Below are positions 1 through 7,959 of a stretch of DNA of 51,855 bases, piece by piece. The stretch is from a plasmid, in sequence record NZ_AP026977.1. The stretch is one strand, 5' to 3'. The notes beneath the pieces are model-generated. The model was not told the origin of the DNA and did no database searches. It was given only the letters and a program-made list of their open reading frames with translations. A program made the translations under genes and the position numbers. Positions within the stretch are counted from its first letter, which is position 1; each line of letters opens with the position of its first letter.

Positions 1-147
1 CTTCGCCGCGCTGGACTGAGCACGGGAGGCGAACCCGGACTTGGCCGAGCTGCTGCCCGGGTTCTTCGCCGCTGCGGACTGGACTCGGGATGCGGCCGCG
101 GTGGTCATCTTGCCGCCGCTGTGGCCCTTCCCACCAGACTTCGACAT
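1..147 (-). CDS. small Gly/Ser/Lys-rich basic protein (KGG-repeat-like), copy A; start codon at 145-147, 3' end runs off the window
   Basis: Reverse strand reads ATG TCG AAG TCT GGT GGG AAG... = MSKSGGKGHSGGKMTTAAASRVQSAAAKNPGSSSAKSGFASRAQSSAAK. About 90% nt identity to the copy at 4363-4542. RBS GGAAAGGAAG upstream on the - strand. Substitutions between copies are overwhelmingly synonymous in this frame. Confidence 0.5.
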   Translation of the reverse strand, partial: MSKSGGKGHSGGKMTTAAASRVQSAAAKNPGSSSAKSGFASRAQSSAAK

Positions 148-556
148 GACGCACTTCCTTTCCGTACCTCGGCCCCTCCTCCGGGATACGCCCACTGGGC
201 TCAGCGCGCATCCGGATCGGTTCCCGCTGAAGAAGCTTCAGTCACGCTGAATACGCACGGTTCGCGCGAGCAAGTTATGGCCCGTGGGGTCCACCGCCAA
301 CGGAACTGGCGGTTAGCCGCTACCGCACATAGTGTCCGGAGTCGGCGCGGCCACGTCGCGGCATTCGCCCAGGTCGTAGGCGGAGTTACCGCACATAGGC
401 CGCAGCTATGCGCGATAACCCGCTACCGCCAGTTTTCGCAGAAATGGACTGGAACCCGGGAAGGTCGCAGGTCAGGGCGCTGCGCATCTCACAAGCGCCA
501 GATCTCGGGAATCTGGACCCCATGGGCCGTCTACACCCGGGCAGCTCGGTGAGCTG

Positions 557-680
557 CTGGGTTGTCGTTCCGCCCCATCCCCTTCGTACGCAGGCTTCCG
601 ATTTCTCGACCACCCTCACTCTGCGTACCTGGAGCGAGGGTGGTCGAGAAACCGGGGATAGGGCGGAACGACAACCCAGG
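557..680. repeat. nested inverted repeat (cruciform or structured-RNA-like): outer 26-bp arms, inner 13-bp arms
   Basis: CTGGGTTGTCGTTCCGCCCCATCCCC (557-582) pairs with GGGGATAGGGCGGAACGACAACCCAGG (654-680). Inner arms CTCGACCACCCTC / GAGGGTGGTCGAG. CGTACGCAG / CTGCGTACC is also present. Confidence 0.45.
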
Positions 681-788
681 AAATGCCTCGAATGAGCAGG
701 GGTGCCGTATCTATCCGGAGGCAAGCCGGGCGAAGCTGGCGCGGCAGTACCGCTGGCAGGGCCGTCCGCCGGTCTGAGACGCGCGGCC

Positions 789-1079
789 TCAGGCCAGCTC
801 GGGCCACCCGCCAGGGTTGTTTGCGTTGGCCGGCCAGTCACAGTAATTGGCTTGCGGGTTCCAATTCAGGCCGGGCGGACACGACTGCAGGACCCACTGA
901 CCGGCGTTGCACTGGTAGTACTTCGTCGGGTCAGGGGCGGGGGCGTAGCCAGAGGTACAGGATTGGGCACGGTTGAGTCCGGCGTGGTCGGCGAGGGCCG
1001 AGGGTGCGGCGGCGAGCGTGAGACCGAAACCGAGCAGCAGTGCGGCGGCGGGTGGGGCAAGGACGCGGGCGAGTCGCAT
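789..1079 (-). CDS. small secreted protein with peritrophin-A / CBM14-like chitin-binding domain
   Basis: Internal Met start gives MRLARVLAPPAAALLLGFGLTLAAAPSALA (signal peptide), then CTSGYAPAPDPTKYYQCNAGQWVLQSCPPGLNWNPQANYCDWPANA. This matches the CBM14 consensus C..G.Y..P.D...YY.C..G......CP.GL.FN.....CDWP.N. The upstream part of the 177-aa ORF looks non-coding. Confidence 0.6.
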   Translation of the reverse strand: MRLARVLAPPAAALLLGFGLTLAAAPSALADHAGLNRAQSCTSGYAPAPDPTKYYQCNAGQWVLQSCPPGLNWNPQANYCDWPANANNPGGWPELA

Positions 1080-1516
1080 GGTCGTCTTCTTCCGGTGAGG
1101 TGCAGGGCCGTTCCGATCATGACATCGGCTGGGCGGACACGAGTGTGGGCGCGCCGCGCCGGCGGCTGGAAGGCGGAGGTCCAGGCGTCCGCGTCGGGTT
1201 GAAAACGGCCTGCGCCGGGACAGATTGGATGTCCGGATACATCTACCGCATCCTGATAGCGAAATCCTTGCTCTCCCATACGGCCCGTGGGGTCCATCTG
1301 CGCGAAACCTGGCGGTAGCCAACGGGATAGCGCTCTGACCAGGGATGTTTCTAGCGGCCAGTCCAAATCTGCGAAATCTGGCGCTAGCGCGCTATCGCGC
1401 ATAGGTTCCGAACTATGTGCGGTAACCCTTATGCCGACCTGGGGAAACGACTCTTCCCGGGGTGCGACGACTCCGGAAATTATGTGCGGTAAGGCTTACC
1501 GCCAGATCTGACGGAC

Positions 1517-3202
1517 TTGGACCCCGCGGGCCAACTCCTCGTCAAGTCCGAACAGGGCCAGGCCCGCGCCGAGGCCCGCCTGCAGGCGAGGCGGCAGGAC
1601 AATCCGACGGCGGCCGTTGCGGCGCTGGCCGATGCGCTGATGTGGCACCCCAACTCCGAAATCGCCACCAAGCACCTGCGCCAGCTCACCTACGACTACG
1701 CCGAGCAGTGGGGCGTGCTCATCGACGCCGAGAACTTCAGCGTCAGCATCGACCCGGACTTCGATGGGGTCGCTGCGCAAGACCACGCCGAGGCATGGCG
1801 GCTGTTCGACCGTGAGTCCGCCGTGATGGACATCGTGTCCGCCATGCCGCTGCTGGACACCGCGAAGGATGCTGCGATGCAGGCCATTTCGGTATGGCGG
1901 GGAATCGGGATCTCCCCGGCCGATCCACGGGCGCATCTGCGCGATGAGGCGACGCGCCGGGATCACCTGAGCTTCGATCTGGCGGCGGCGAAGCTGCCCG
2001 AGCCCGACCGGGCCCGTGTCGAGTTCGTCGTGGACTACCTGCGTGGGAACACCGCCGACGTCGACCTGCTCGACAGCCCGGTCCTCGTCGACCCGGGTGA
2101 GGAGGCCCGTGGGCGGGTGCCGCGTCTGCTGGAGTTGTTCGCGAGCAACCCGAAGGCCGCGTCGGTGGTGGGCGAGGAGATCTCGGTCATGACCGCCGCC
2201 GACCAGGACCGGGTCCGCCAGGCCGGGAAGCAGATCGCCCGAGGTGGTGAGGTCGATTTCAGGCTGTGGCCCGATCACATCGACCGCTACGAGCTCGCCG
2301 AAGCACTCGCCGATTACGCCGCCGATTTCGGCGAATTGCGCAGCGTGGCCGACTATCTCGCCGACGACGGCTATAGCGCGGAGGAACGTGAGCGGCTCGG
2401 CGCGAACGACATTCCGGGCGTCACCGACGAGACCAGCGACCGGATCACCCGCCTGGCGCAGCAGCGTGAACAGCTGCGCGCCACGATCCAGACCAGCAAG
2501 GGGCTGGCCGCCGTGGAACGTGCCCAGCTCTCAGCTGTGCTCGCCGACATCGACACCGGAGCCATCCGCGACCACAAGCAGCTGCCGGAGCTGTTGTTCG
2601 CTGACGAGCGCACCAAAGCCGACGCGGACGTCGTTCGTGTCGGTGTGCCCGCGTCCCGGCTCTCGGCCGCGACCCGGGAAGCGATCACCCAGCGCATCGA
2701 GGCGTCCGGCATCGCACCCCAGGGCTGGGATGCCGAACGCCTCAAGGGCGCTGTGTCAGCGATCGGGGATTCGCTCTACACCGTGGCCTGCGGCGCCCGC
2801 GGCAACGGCGGCATCGAGGCCGAACGCAAGTCCTACGCCGACAAACGCGCCCGCCTGGGCACGCAGCTGGCCAAGGCGGGCGTCGGTGAGGAGGCACGAA
2901 CCGAGATACGGGAGCTGATCGACGAGCGGGCCCGCCAGGCCGGGGAATTGGGCAAGACCGCCGCGCAGCGCAAGCAGCAGTGGAAGGCCAAGCTCGATCA
3001 CGCCGTCGCCGCCCGCAACGACTCCATCGCCCAGCGCCAGGCCGCAGCCGCCGGCCGCGCATCGGGCTCCGGGCGAGCCCGCGCACCCCGGCCCGACCGG
3101 GATCCCGCCCAGGAGGCTCACGTGCAGGCCCAGGCCCGCGCTCAAGCCCAGACGCGGGCCGCCGGGCGTCGTGAGCTGCACTCGCCGGAGATCGGGCGAT
3201 GA
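1517..3202 (+). CDS. paralog 1 of a ~450-aa helical domain family (homologous to the primase C-terminus and to 48999-51221); TTG start, N-terminally truncated relative to its paralog, possibly a decaying copy
   Basis: Shared blocks LADALMWHPNSE / SVSIDPDF / VDPGEEARGRV / AKLPEPDRARVEFVVDYLRGNTADVDLL / RLWPDHIDR align with 49366-51221 (~50% identity) and with primase residues ~470-900. In-frame stop at 1490; first start is TTG. Confidence 0.5.
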   Translation: MDPAGQLLVKSEQGQARAEARLQARRQDNPTAAVAALADALMWHPNSEIATKHLRQLTYDYAEQWGVLIDAENFSVSIDPDFDGVAAQDHAEAWRLFDRESAVMDIVSAMPLLDTAKDAAMQAISVWRGIGISPADPRAHLRDEATRRDHLSFDLAAAKLPEPDRARVEFVVDYLRGNTADVDLLDSPVLVDPGEEARGRVPRLLELFASNPKAASVVGEEISVMTAADQDRVRQAGKQIARGGEVDFRLWPDHIDRYELAEALADYAADFGELRSVADYLADDGYSAEERERLGANDIPGVTDETSDRITRLAQQREQLRATIQTSKGLAAVERAQLSAVLADIDTGAIRDHKQLPELLFADERTKADADVVRVGVPASRLSAATREAITQRIEASGIAPQGWDAERLKGAVSAIGDSLYTVACGARGNGGIEAERKSYADKRARLGTQLAKAGVGEEARTEIRELIDERARQAGELGKTAAQRKQQWKAKLDHAVAARNDSIAQRQAAAAGRASGSGRARAPRPDRDPAQEAHVQAQARAQAQTRAAGRRELHSPEIGR

Positions 3203-3642
3203 CCCGCATCGACCCCTCGAACACCCTTCCCACCATGGCATTCGGAGACATCACCATGACCCGCACCGACGAACCCACCCCCGACACCGCCGCACTGGAG
3301 CGTCACCAGCGGACCGTGACCCGCATGTCGACCTCACGCGGGAGCCTGCTCACCGCACTGCTGGGGCCGACCGAACTGCTCGCTCCGCGTCACCAGGAGG
3401 TCATCGACCACACCGCCCAGAACATCGAGTTCGCCCTGTGGCGGGTCGCCTTGGTCTCGGACACGGCCGAGAGTATGGCGCTGTATCACCGTTCCCGGAT
3501 CGAACTCACCGCAGTGCTCACCTGCGCCGGGATCACCGCGGCAGCGTTGAACGCGATCAACATGCTGCTCACCGACTGGGTCCGCGAAGCCGAACTCCTC
3601 GCCACCCACGCACCCGCACCGGAACCGGTGGTGGCGCGGTGA
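3199..3642 (+). CDS. hypothetical protein (147 aa), translationally coupled (ATGA overlap) to the upstream gene; absent from the second module
   Basis: ORF with high GC3; start overlaps the stop of 1517-3202. No recognisable domain. Confidence 0.45.
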   Translation: MTRIDPSNTLPTMAFGDITMTRTDEPTPDTAALERHQRTVTRMSTSRGSLLTALLGPTELLAPRHQEVIDHTAQNIEFALWRVALVSDTAESMALYHRSRIELTAVLTCAGITAAALNAINMLLTDWVREAELLATHAPAPEPVVAR

Positions 3643-3944
3643 CCGACACCGAAGCCGTCGACTTGCACGTCATCGCCCGCCTCGACGATCCCGCTGGTGC
3701 GGTCGCCGATCTCTACTCCTGCGAGCTGTTCTACAGCGACGACGGCAGCGTCTACGGCCGACACGTCAGCTGCCGGTGGGAATCCATTCCTACCGAACCG
3801 GGTGCGGCGGCCAGCCTCGACGCGCTCGATCAGGCGCTCGCCGCCGCCGGGTACATCCGCACCGGCGAGTGGCGGCGTAAGACCACCAGTTCCGGCGCGG
3901 TGCGGTACTTCACCGTCGCCACGATCCGAATCGAGGGCATCTGA
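3639..3944 (+). CDS. conserved hypothetical protein (101 aa), paralog of 51218-51526; GTG start overlapping the upstream stop (GTGA)
   Basis: VTDTEAVDLHVIARLDDPAGAVADLYSCELFYSDDGSVYGRHVSCRWES...RTGEWRRKTTSSGAVRYFTVATI is ~90% identical to the copy at the window end. Confidence 0.6.
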   Translation: MTDTEAVDLHVIARLDDPAGAVADLYSCELFYSDDGSVYGRHVSCRWESIPTEPGAAASLDALDQALAAAGYIRTGEWRRKTTSSGAVRYFTVATIRIEGI

Positions 3945-4300
3945 TGAAGACAACACCGCAGGGAACCAGGCAGCGTGTGCTCGCTGTGTGGTGGCGCGGC
4001 CTGCGTCACGAGGTCGTGCACGCGCGGCGGTTGCGGCGGGCGCTGCTGTGCGCCGAGCTGAGCGTGCGGGGTGTGGCGCACGCCAGCGGCGGGGACGCGG
4101 TCACCGTGCGTGTGGACGGGCTGTGGTTCGACGTGTACGCCTGGCTGCGCGACGACGCCGGTTTGACCTGGGTGGTCGACCACCCGCACGCCGAACTCGA
4201 CGACGAGCACCCTGGCCGCGAGATCGGTCGTTGCGGCGGCTTCCGCTTTCCCCTCGACCAGTTGCCGGTGATGTGGGCGCGCTACCGAGGTACCGACTGA
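3944..4300 (+). CDS. hypothetical protein (118 aa); ATG overlaps the upstream stop (TGATG)
   Basis: ORF in operon context, followed 4 nt later by a very strong hairpin. Confidence 0.4.
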   Translation: MKTTPQGTRQRVLAVWWRGLRHEVVHARRLRRALLCAELSVRGVAHASGGDAVTVRVDGLWFDVYAWLRDDAGLTWVVDHPHAELDDEHPGREIGRCGGFRFPLDQLPVMWARYRGTD

Positions 4301-4303
4301 GCA

Positions 4304-4362
4304 CCCAGTAGGCAGGGCAGCCCCGGAACCCGCAACGTTCCGGGGCTGCCCTGTGTACTGGG
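4304..4362. terminator. bidirectional terminator-like hairpin (~25-bp interrupted stem, 7-nt loop) between convergent genes
   Basis: CCCAGTA-G-CAGGGCAGCCCCGGAAC ccgcaac GTTCCGGGGCTGCCCTG-TG-TACTGGG. A near-identical copy lies at 51763-51821. Confidence 0.6.
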
Positions 4363-4542
4363 CTACTTCTTCCCGCCGCTCTTACCGCTGCCGGACTTCG
4401 CCGCGCTCGACTGAGCACGGGAAGCGAACCCGGACTTCGCTGAGCTGCTGCCCGGGTTCTTCGCCGCCGCGGACTGGACTCGGGACGCGGCTGCAGTGGG
4501 CATCTTGCCGCCGCCGTGGCCCTTCCCGCCTGACTTCGACAT
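4363..4542 (-). CDS. small Gly/Ser/Lys-rich basic protein (KGG-repeat-like), copy B, 59 aa
   Basis: MSKSGGKGHGGGKMPTAAASRVQSAAAKNPGSSSAKSGFASRAQSSAAKSGSGKSGGKK. Strong RBS GGAAGGAG 6 nt upstream. Against copy A there are 10 synonymous and 2 nonsynonymous differences in this frame. Confidence 0.65.
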   Translation of the reverse strand: MSKSGGKGHGGGKMPTAAASRVQSAAAKNPGSSSAKSGFASRAQSSAAKSGSGKSGGKK

Positions 4543-4610
4543 GATGCACTCCTTCCCTACTTCGGGCCCCTCCTCCGGAATACACCGGCCTGCCCTGGCC
4601 TTCACAGCAG

Positions 4611-4643
4611 TGTGCCCCGGCGGATACGAGCCGCCGGGGCACA
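4611..4643. terminator. hairpin (13-bp stem) downstream of the - strand methyltransferase gene
   Basis: TGTGCCCCGGCGG atacgag CCGCCGGGGCACA. Confidence 0.45.
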
Positions 4644-4659
4644 CTCTTGTCGAGCAGGG

Positions 4660-6411
4660 TCAGGCAATCGCCTCCGCCGTGTGGAGGATGGCCCGCAGCC
4701 GAGACCCGATCCACGTACCCACAGACGGGCTCACGGCGTTGCCGAACCCGTCGCACTGATCCCTGGCCGACCCCCAGACGATGAACTCGCCCTCGTGCCC
4801 GGGGAAGGTGGTGTCGAATCCGCACCCCCTGCCGACCTCGTGCGGGCCGAGCATCCGGAAGAAGCAGTCCTCCACCGACAGATCCGTCAGCGCCGCGACC
4901 CATTCCGCGGTGAGCAGTCCGGGGATCTGCTCGGAGGTCACGGTCGGCATCGGCTCGGCGCTGAGGGTCGGGGTGGTGTTCTTCCGGAACGGAATGACAC
5001 CGGACATCAAGCTCAGGGTCTCCGAGGCGAGTGTCGTCGGTAGCGGCTCGGACACCCCGCGTGGGGCGCCTTGGTAGTTGTTCACCGACGCGAACAGCAT
5101 CGCCAGCTCATGGGTCGAGGTGACCGTGTCCATGGGCTGGCTGAGGTGTTTGCCGTCGCCGTTGTGCCGGTGCGCGGCGAACACCGCCCCAGTCGCGAGC
5201 GCCACCGGTGGAGTGACCAAACCCGTGGTGTTGGTGGCGGTCTGCGCCCACAGCGGCTGGCTGAGATCACGAGTCCGGCACTCCGATCCGGGCCGCTCGA
5301 ATGTGTTCCCAGCCGCGACCATGATGGCCCCGGTCGACAGGATCGCGGTCTCCTGCTGGCTGGTTTGCGTCACCAATGGCTGCCACGGGTGACGCTCCGA
5401 CCCGTGGACAGATTTGGCTGGCATGAGGATTGCCGGGAACTCGGCGAACCTCATGCGGCAGCGCTCGATCCGCGCCATCGTCGTCGGCCGGAGCGGCTTC
5501 GCCCGGTCCCCAATGCGGGTGCCCAGATTGGTGAGGTCCAGGGCGTGCAGTGACGGGGTCATCGGTGGGACCACCTCGCGGCGGCACCGTGGGCACCGGT
5601 AGTTGTACTGGGTGCCGTAGCGCACGGCCCCGGACAACGGCACCCCGGTCTTCCACGACCAGACCGCCTCCACGACGTCGTCGCAGGTGTGGCAGCGCGT
5701 CAGCGGGCGGTGGTCCAGGTCCGGGGTAGGCAGATGCCGGTCCCAGAATGCGATGTAGAGCCGGTCTCTGCTTTGCGGCACCCCGAAGAACATGGAGTTG
5801 AGCCGCATCTCCCGGTAGCGGTAGCCCAGGATCTCGAACTGCCGCAGCCACCAGCGGTAGGTGGAGCCGTCACCGATCTTGGTCTTGCCCGGGATCGCCG
5901 GGCCCCACGACACCAGTTCGGTGGTGCACTCGACGAGGATCAGCCGCGGGTGATGCTGGGCGGCGTAGTGCAGCACGCAGTTCGCGGTGGCCCGGTCGCG
6001 CTCGCTGCGAGTGACCCTCGCCTGGAACTCCGGGTCCTCCATTTCGAACAGAGTCAGGCCCTGCTCGTAGGCCTTGACCGTGTTCGCCTGCGAATGGTTC
6101 ACACACGAGACACCCGCAGCGAGGAGATCGGCGGCAGGCAGGTCACGCGCCGAGTGATAATCCGACGACTCCGGATCGACGAGATCGGCGATCCAGTGCT
6201 CGGCGTGCGGGTTGTTCCGCTCGTGAACCCGGATCTTGTACTCGTTGTGGTTGGCGGCCATGATCGTCGTGAATCCGGCGTCTTCGATGCCCCGGGTCAG
6301 CCCGCCGAACCCGCTGAAAAGGTCGACCGCAACGAGATCGTCGTGACGGAAACGGCGCCGCCGCGTGGCCGGTCGATGCACAGCGGTCCGAAGCTTCGTA
6401 GGCACGGTCAT
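4660..6411 (-). CDS. DNA (cytosine-5)-methyltransferase family protein (583 aa)
   Basis: Motif I DLFSGFGGLTRGIEDAGF. Motif VIII-like GVPQSRDRLYIAF. Large C-terminal region presumably a target-recognition domain. Confidence 0.65.
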   Translation of the reverse strand: MTVPTKLRTAVHRPATRRRRFRHDDLVAVDLFSGFGGLTRGIEDAGFTTIMAANHNEYKIRVHERNNPHAEHWIADLVDPESSDYHSARDLPAADLLAAGVSCVNHSQANTVKAYEQGLTLFEMEDPEFQARVTRSERDRATANCVLHYAAQHHPRLILVECTTELVSWGPAIPGKTKIGDGSTYRWWLRQFEILGYRYREMRLNSMFFGVPQSRDRLYIAFWDRHLPTPDLDHRPLTRCHTCDDVVEAVWSWKTGVPLSGAVRYGTQYNYRCPRCRREVVPPMTPSLHALDLTNLGTRIGDRAKPLRPTTMARIERCRMRFAEFPAILMPAKSVHGSERHPWQPLVTQTSQQETAILSTGAIMVAAGNTFERPGSECRTRDLSQPLWAQTATNTTGLVTPPVALATGAVFAAHRHNGDGKHLSQPMDTVTSTHELAMLFASVNNYQGAPRGVSEPLPTTLASETLSLMSGVIPFRKNTTPTLSAEPMPTVTSEQIPGLLTAEWVAALTDLSVEDCFFRMLGPHEVGRGCGFDTTFPGHEGEFIVWGSARDQCDGFGNAVSPSVGTWIGSRLRAILHTAEAIA

Positions 6412-6426
6412 GAGGCAGTCCTTTCG

Positions 6427-6557
6427 ACGATTGGCAGTTTTAAAACTGCCATATCTTCAGTGTAGCAGTTTTAAAACTGCCAATCGTCAAACGCCCTGAC
6501 CCAGGAAGGCTTCGGACGCCACTGCGACCGCTGCGGGTTATGCAGTTTCAAAACTGC
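6427..6557. promoter_or_regulatory. operator-like palindromes GCAGTTTTAAAACTGC (x2, within a 60-bp dyad 6427-6486) and GCAGTTTCAAAACTGC (6542-6557) in the divergent intergenic region
   Basis: AT-centred 16-18-bp perfect palindromes in a GC-rich background, between the C5-MTase start (6411, - strand) and the HTH gene start (6562, + strand). Confidence 0.5.
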
Positions 6558-6561
6558 TACC

Positions 6562-6888
6562 GTGTGGAGGGTGAGTGACTACAGCCCGACCGAGACCGTG
6601 GCACTGACCGACAAGGTCGCCGAACTGCGAGCCGCCTGGAAGGCCGGGCAGCAACTGACCGGAGGACAGCTGTTCGGGCTACCGCCCCTCGACGGAGACG
6701 TGTGGGTTGACACCGCCGGGGCCGCAGTCATCACCGGCGTGCCGCCGAAGACGATCACGAGCTACCTGTCGCGCGGCAAACCGAAGTCGAATCCGTTCCC
6801 GGCGCCGTCGAAGTTCCTCGGCCGCACATACTGGCCTGCCTCGATCCTGCTCAGCTGGACAGCGGCCCAACCCGCCGCAAACCGCTGA
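6562..6888 (+). CDS. small HTH DNA-binding protein (AlpA/excisionase-like HTH_17 type)
   Basis: DVWVDTAGAAVITGVPPKTITSYLSRGKP...FPAP.KFLGRTYW resembles the Xis/AlpA HTH. GTG start. Confidence 0.5.
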   Translation: MWRVSDYSPTETVALTDKVAELRAAWKAGQQLTGGQLFGLPPLDGDVWVDTAGAAVITGVPPKTITSYLSRGKPKSNPFPAPSKFLGRTYWPASILLSWTAAQPAANR

Positions 6889-6999
6889 GCCGACGGCGCG
6901 GACGACGTCGGTGGATCGCGTCACGTAAGCCTGTCGCAGTGTTGGTCTGGCTACCCGCCGGTGAAGGCCGATACGTTCCGCTGACCTTACGATCCCGAT

Positions 7000-7917
7000 A
7001 TGGGTAAACCGAAGCGTCAGAGCTTCACTCATGAGCAGCGGTTGAAGGCGTTCGTGCTTCGTGCCCGCAGGATCACAGCACACTCACTGTGGCGCGAGCA
7101 GAAGCAACTTCTGGAGAAACTGCACGCCGGGCAGATGAACGTGTCGGTGACGCTTAACCACCTGACCGGCGAAGTTACCTACATCCACCGTGAGGAGTTT
7201 CCGGAGGAAGAGTTGCTCGAATCCCTTGCGGCCCGGATTCGTCCGCTCATTCTTGACAGCGAGGAACTCCACTATTCCAAGGTGCTCGGTTCCATCGCGG
7301 CCCTCGTGCCGGCGGCCGACTTCCCCAACTACATACTGCCAATCGAGGATTGGCACGAATTGTGGGCGACGGTGGCCACGCGCGACGAGTCCGCCCAGGC
7401 GTACTACATCGTGACGGACCGGGGCGCCGCTTCAGACCAGGACCTCATGTACGCGTGGCTGTACGGCGATGTCGTGCACGCCGATGACAAGGAGGTCGAG
7501 TCGAAGGGCCTCAGCATCGAACAGCGATACAAGGCGGCTGCAGGAATCGTTACACGGATCGTCGACCGCACGGAGCTGACCCTGCTTCTAATCCGAATGC
7601 TCGTCGACGAAGGAGTCCTCACCGTCGACAGCGAGTTGTTCGAGCGCGAAGTCGTAGTGAGGCGGACTATCTTCTCGAATCCGGTCCAGGCGTACGCAGC
7701 CGTCGACCCTAATACGCCACTTCCTCTAGATGGTGGTCCACTCGATCCGGAGATCTGGATGCCGATGTACAAGACTGTCGCGGCGGCCGTGCCTTCGGCA
7801 TCCTCGTGCGTTGTCTGGTGGAAATCCCGCGGCCGACCATATCCGGCAACGCCTACTTTCCCGCAGCAGCGCGTGATCCTTCAGGACATGGATCCCCGTG
7901 ACGGTCAGGTGCCGTAA
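7000..7917 (+). CDS. hypothetical protein (305 aa) in a lower-GC patch
   Basis: Long ORF with visibly lower GC than surroundings. No motif recognised. Confidence 0.5.
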   Translation: MGKPKRQSFTHEQRLKAFVLRARRITAHSLWREQKQLLEKLHAGQMNVSVTLNHLTGEVTYIHREEFPEEELLESLAARIRPLILDSEELHYSKVLGSIAALVPAADFPNYILPIEDWHELWATVATRDESAQAYYIVTDRGAASDQDLMYAWLYGDVVHADDKEVESKGLSIEQRYKAAAGIVTRIVDRTELTLLLIRMLVDEGVLTVDSELFEREVVVRRTIFSNPVQAYAAVDPNTPLPLDGGPLDPEIWMPMYKTVAAAVPSASSCVVWWKSRGRPYPATPTFPQQRVILQDMDPRDGQVP

Positions 7918-7959
7918 AACGATCGCTTTATCGGCAGCGAACAGCGATGTGGGTGCTGG

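Larger units (their letters stand above)
385..1428. mobile_element. segment bounded by imperfect ~70-bp inverted repeats (385-455 and 1355-1428); MITE-like or cassette-like insert carrying one passenger gene
   Basis: Left arm GTTACCGCACATAGG..CTATGCGCGATAACCCGCTACCGCCAGTTTTCGCAGAAATGGACTGG. Right arm (reverse complement) GGTTACCGCACATAG..CTATGCGCGATAGCGCGCTAGCGCCAGATTTCGCAGATTTGGACTGG. Extra copies of the TACCGCACATAG / CTGGCGGTAGC motifs lie outside at 305-333 and 1310-1320, 1474-1505. The paralog gene at 1517 lacks the N-terminal part present in its homolog at 48999. Confidence 0.35.

Noticed and set aside
41-250. ORFs antisense to the KGG-like small gene (41-250 here, 4496-4759 at the second copy)
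   Set aside because: Differences between the repeat copies are synonymous in the opposite (- strand) frame, which also has a strong RBS. The + strand ORFs are by-products of high GC.
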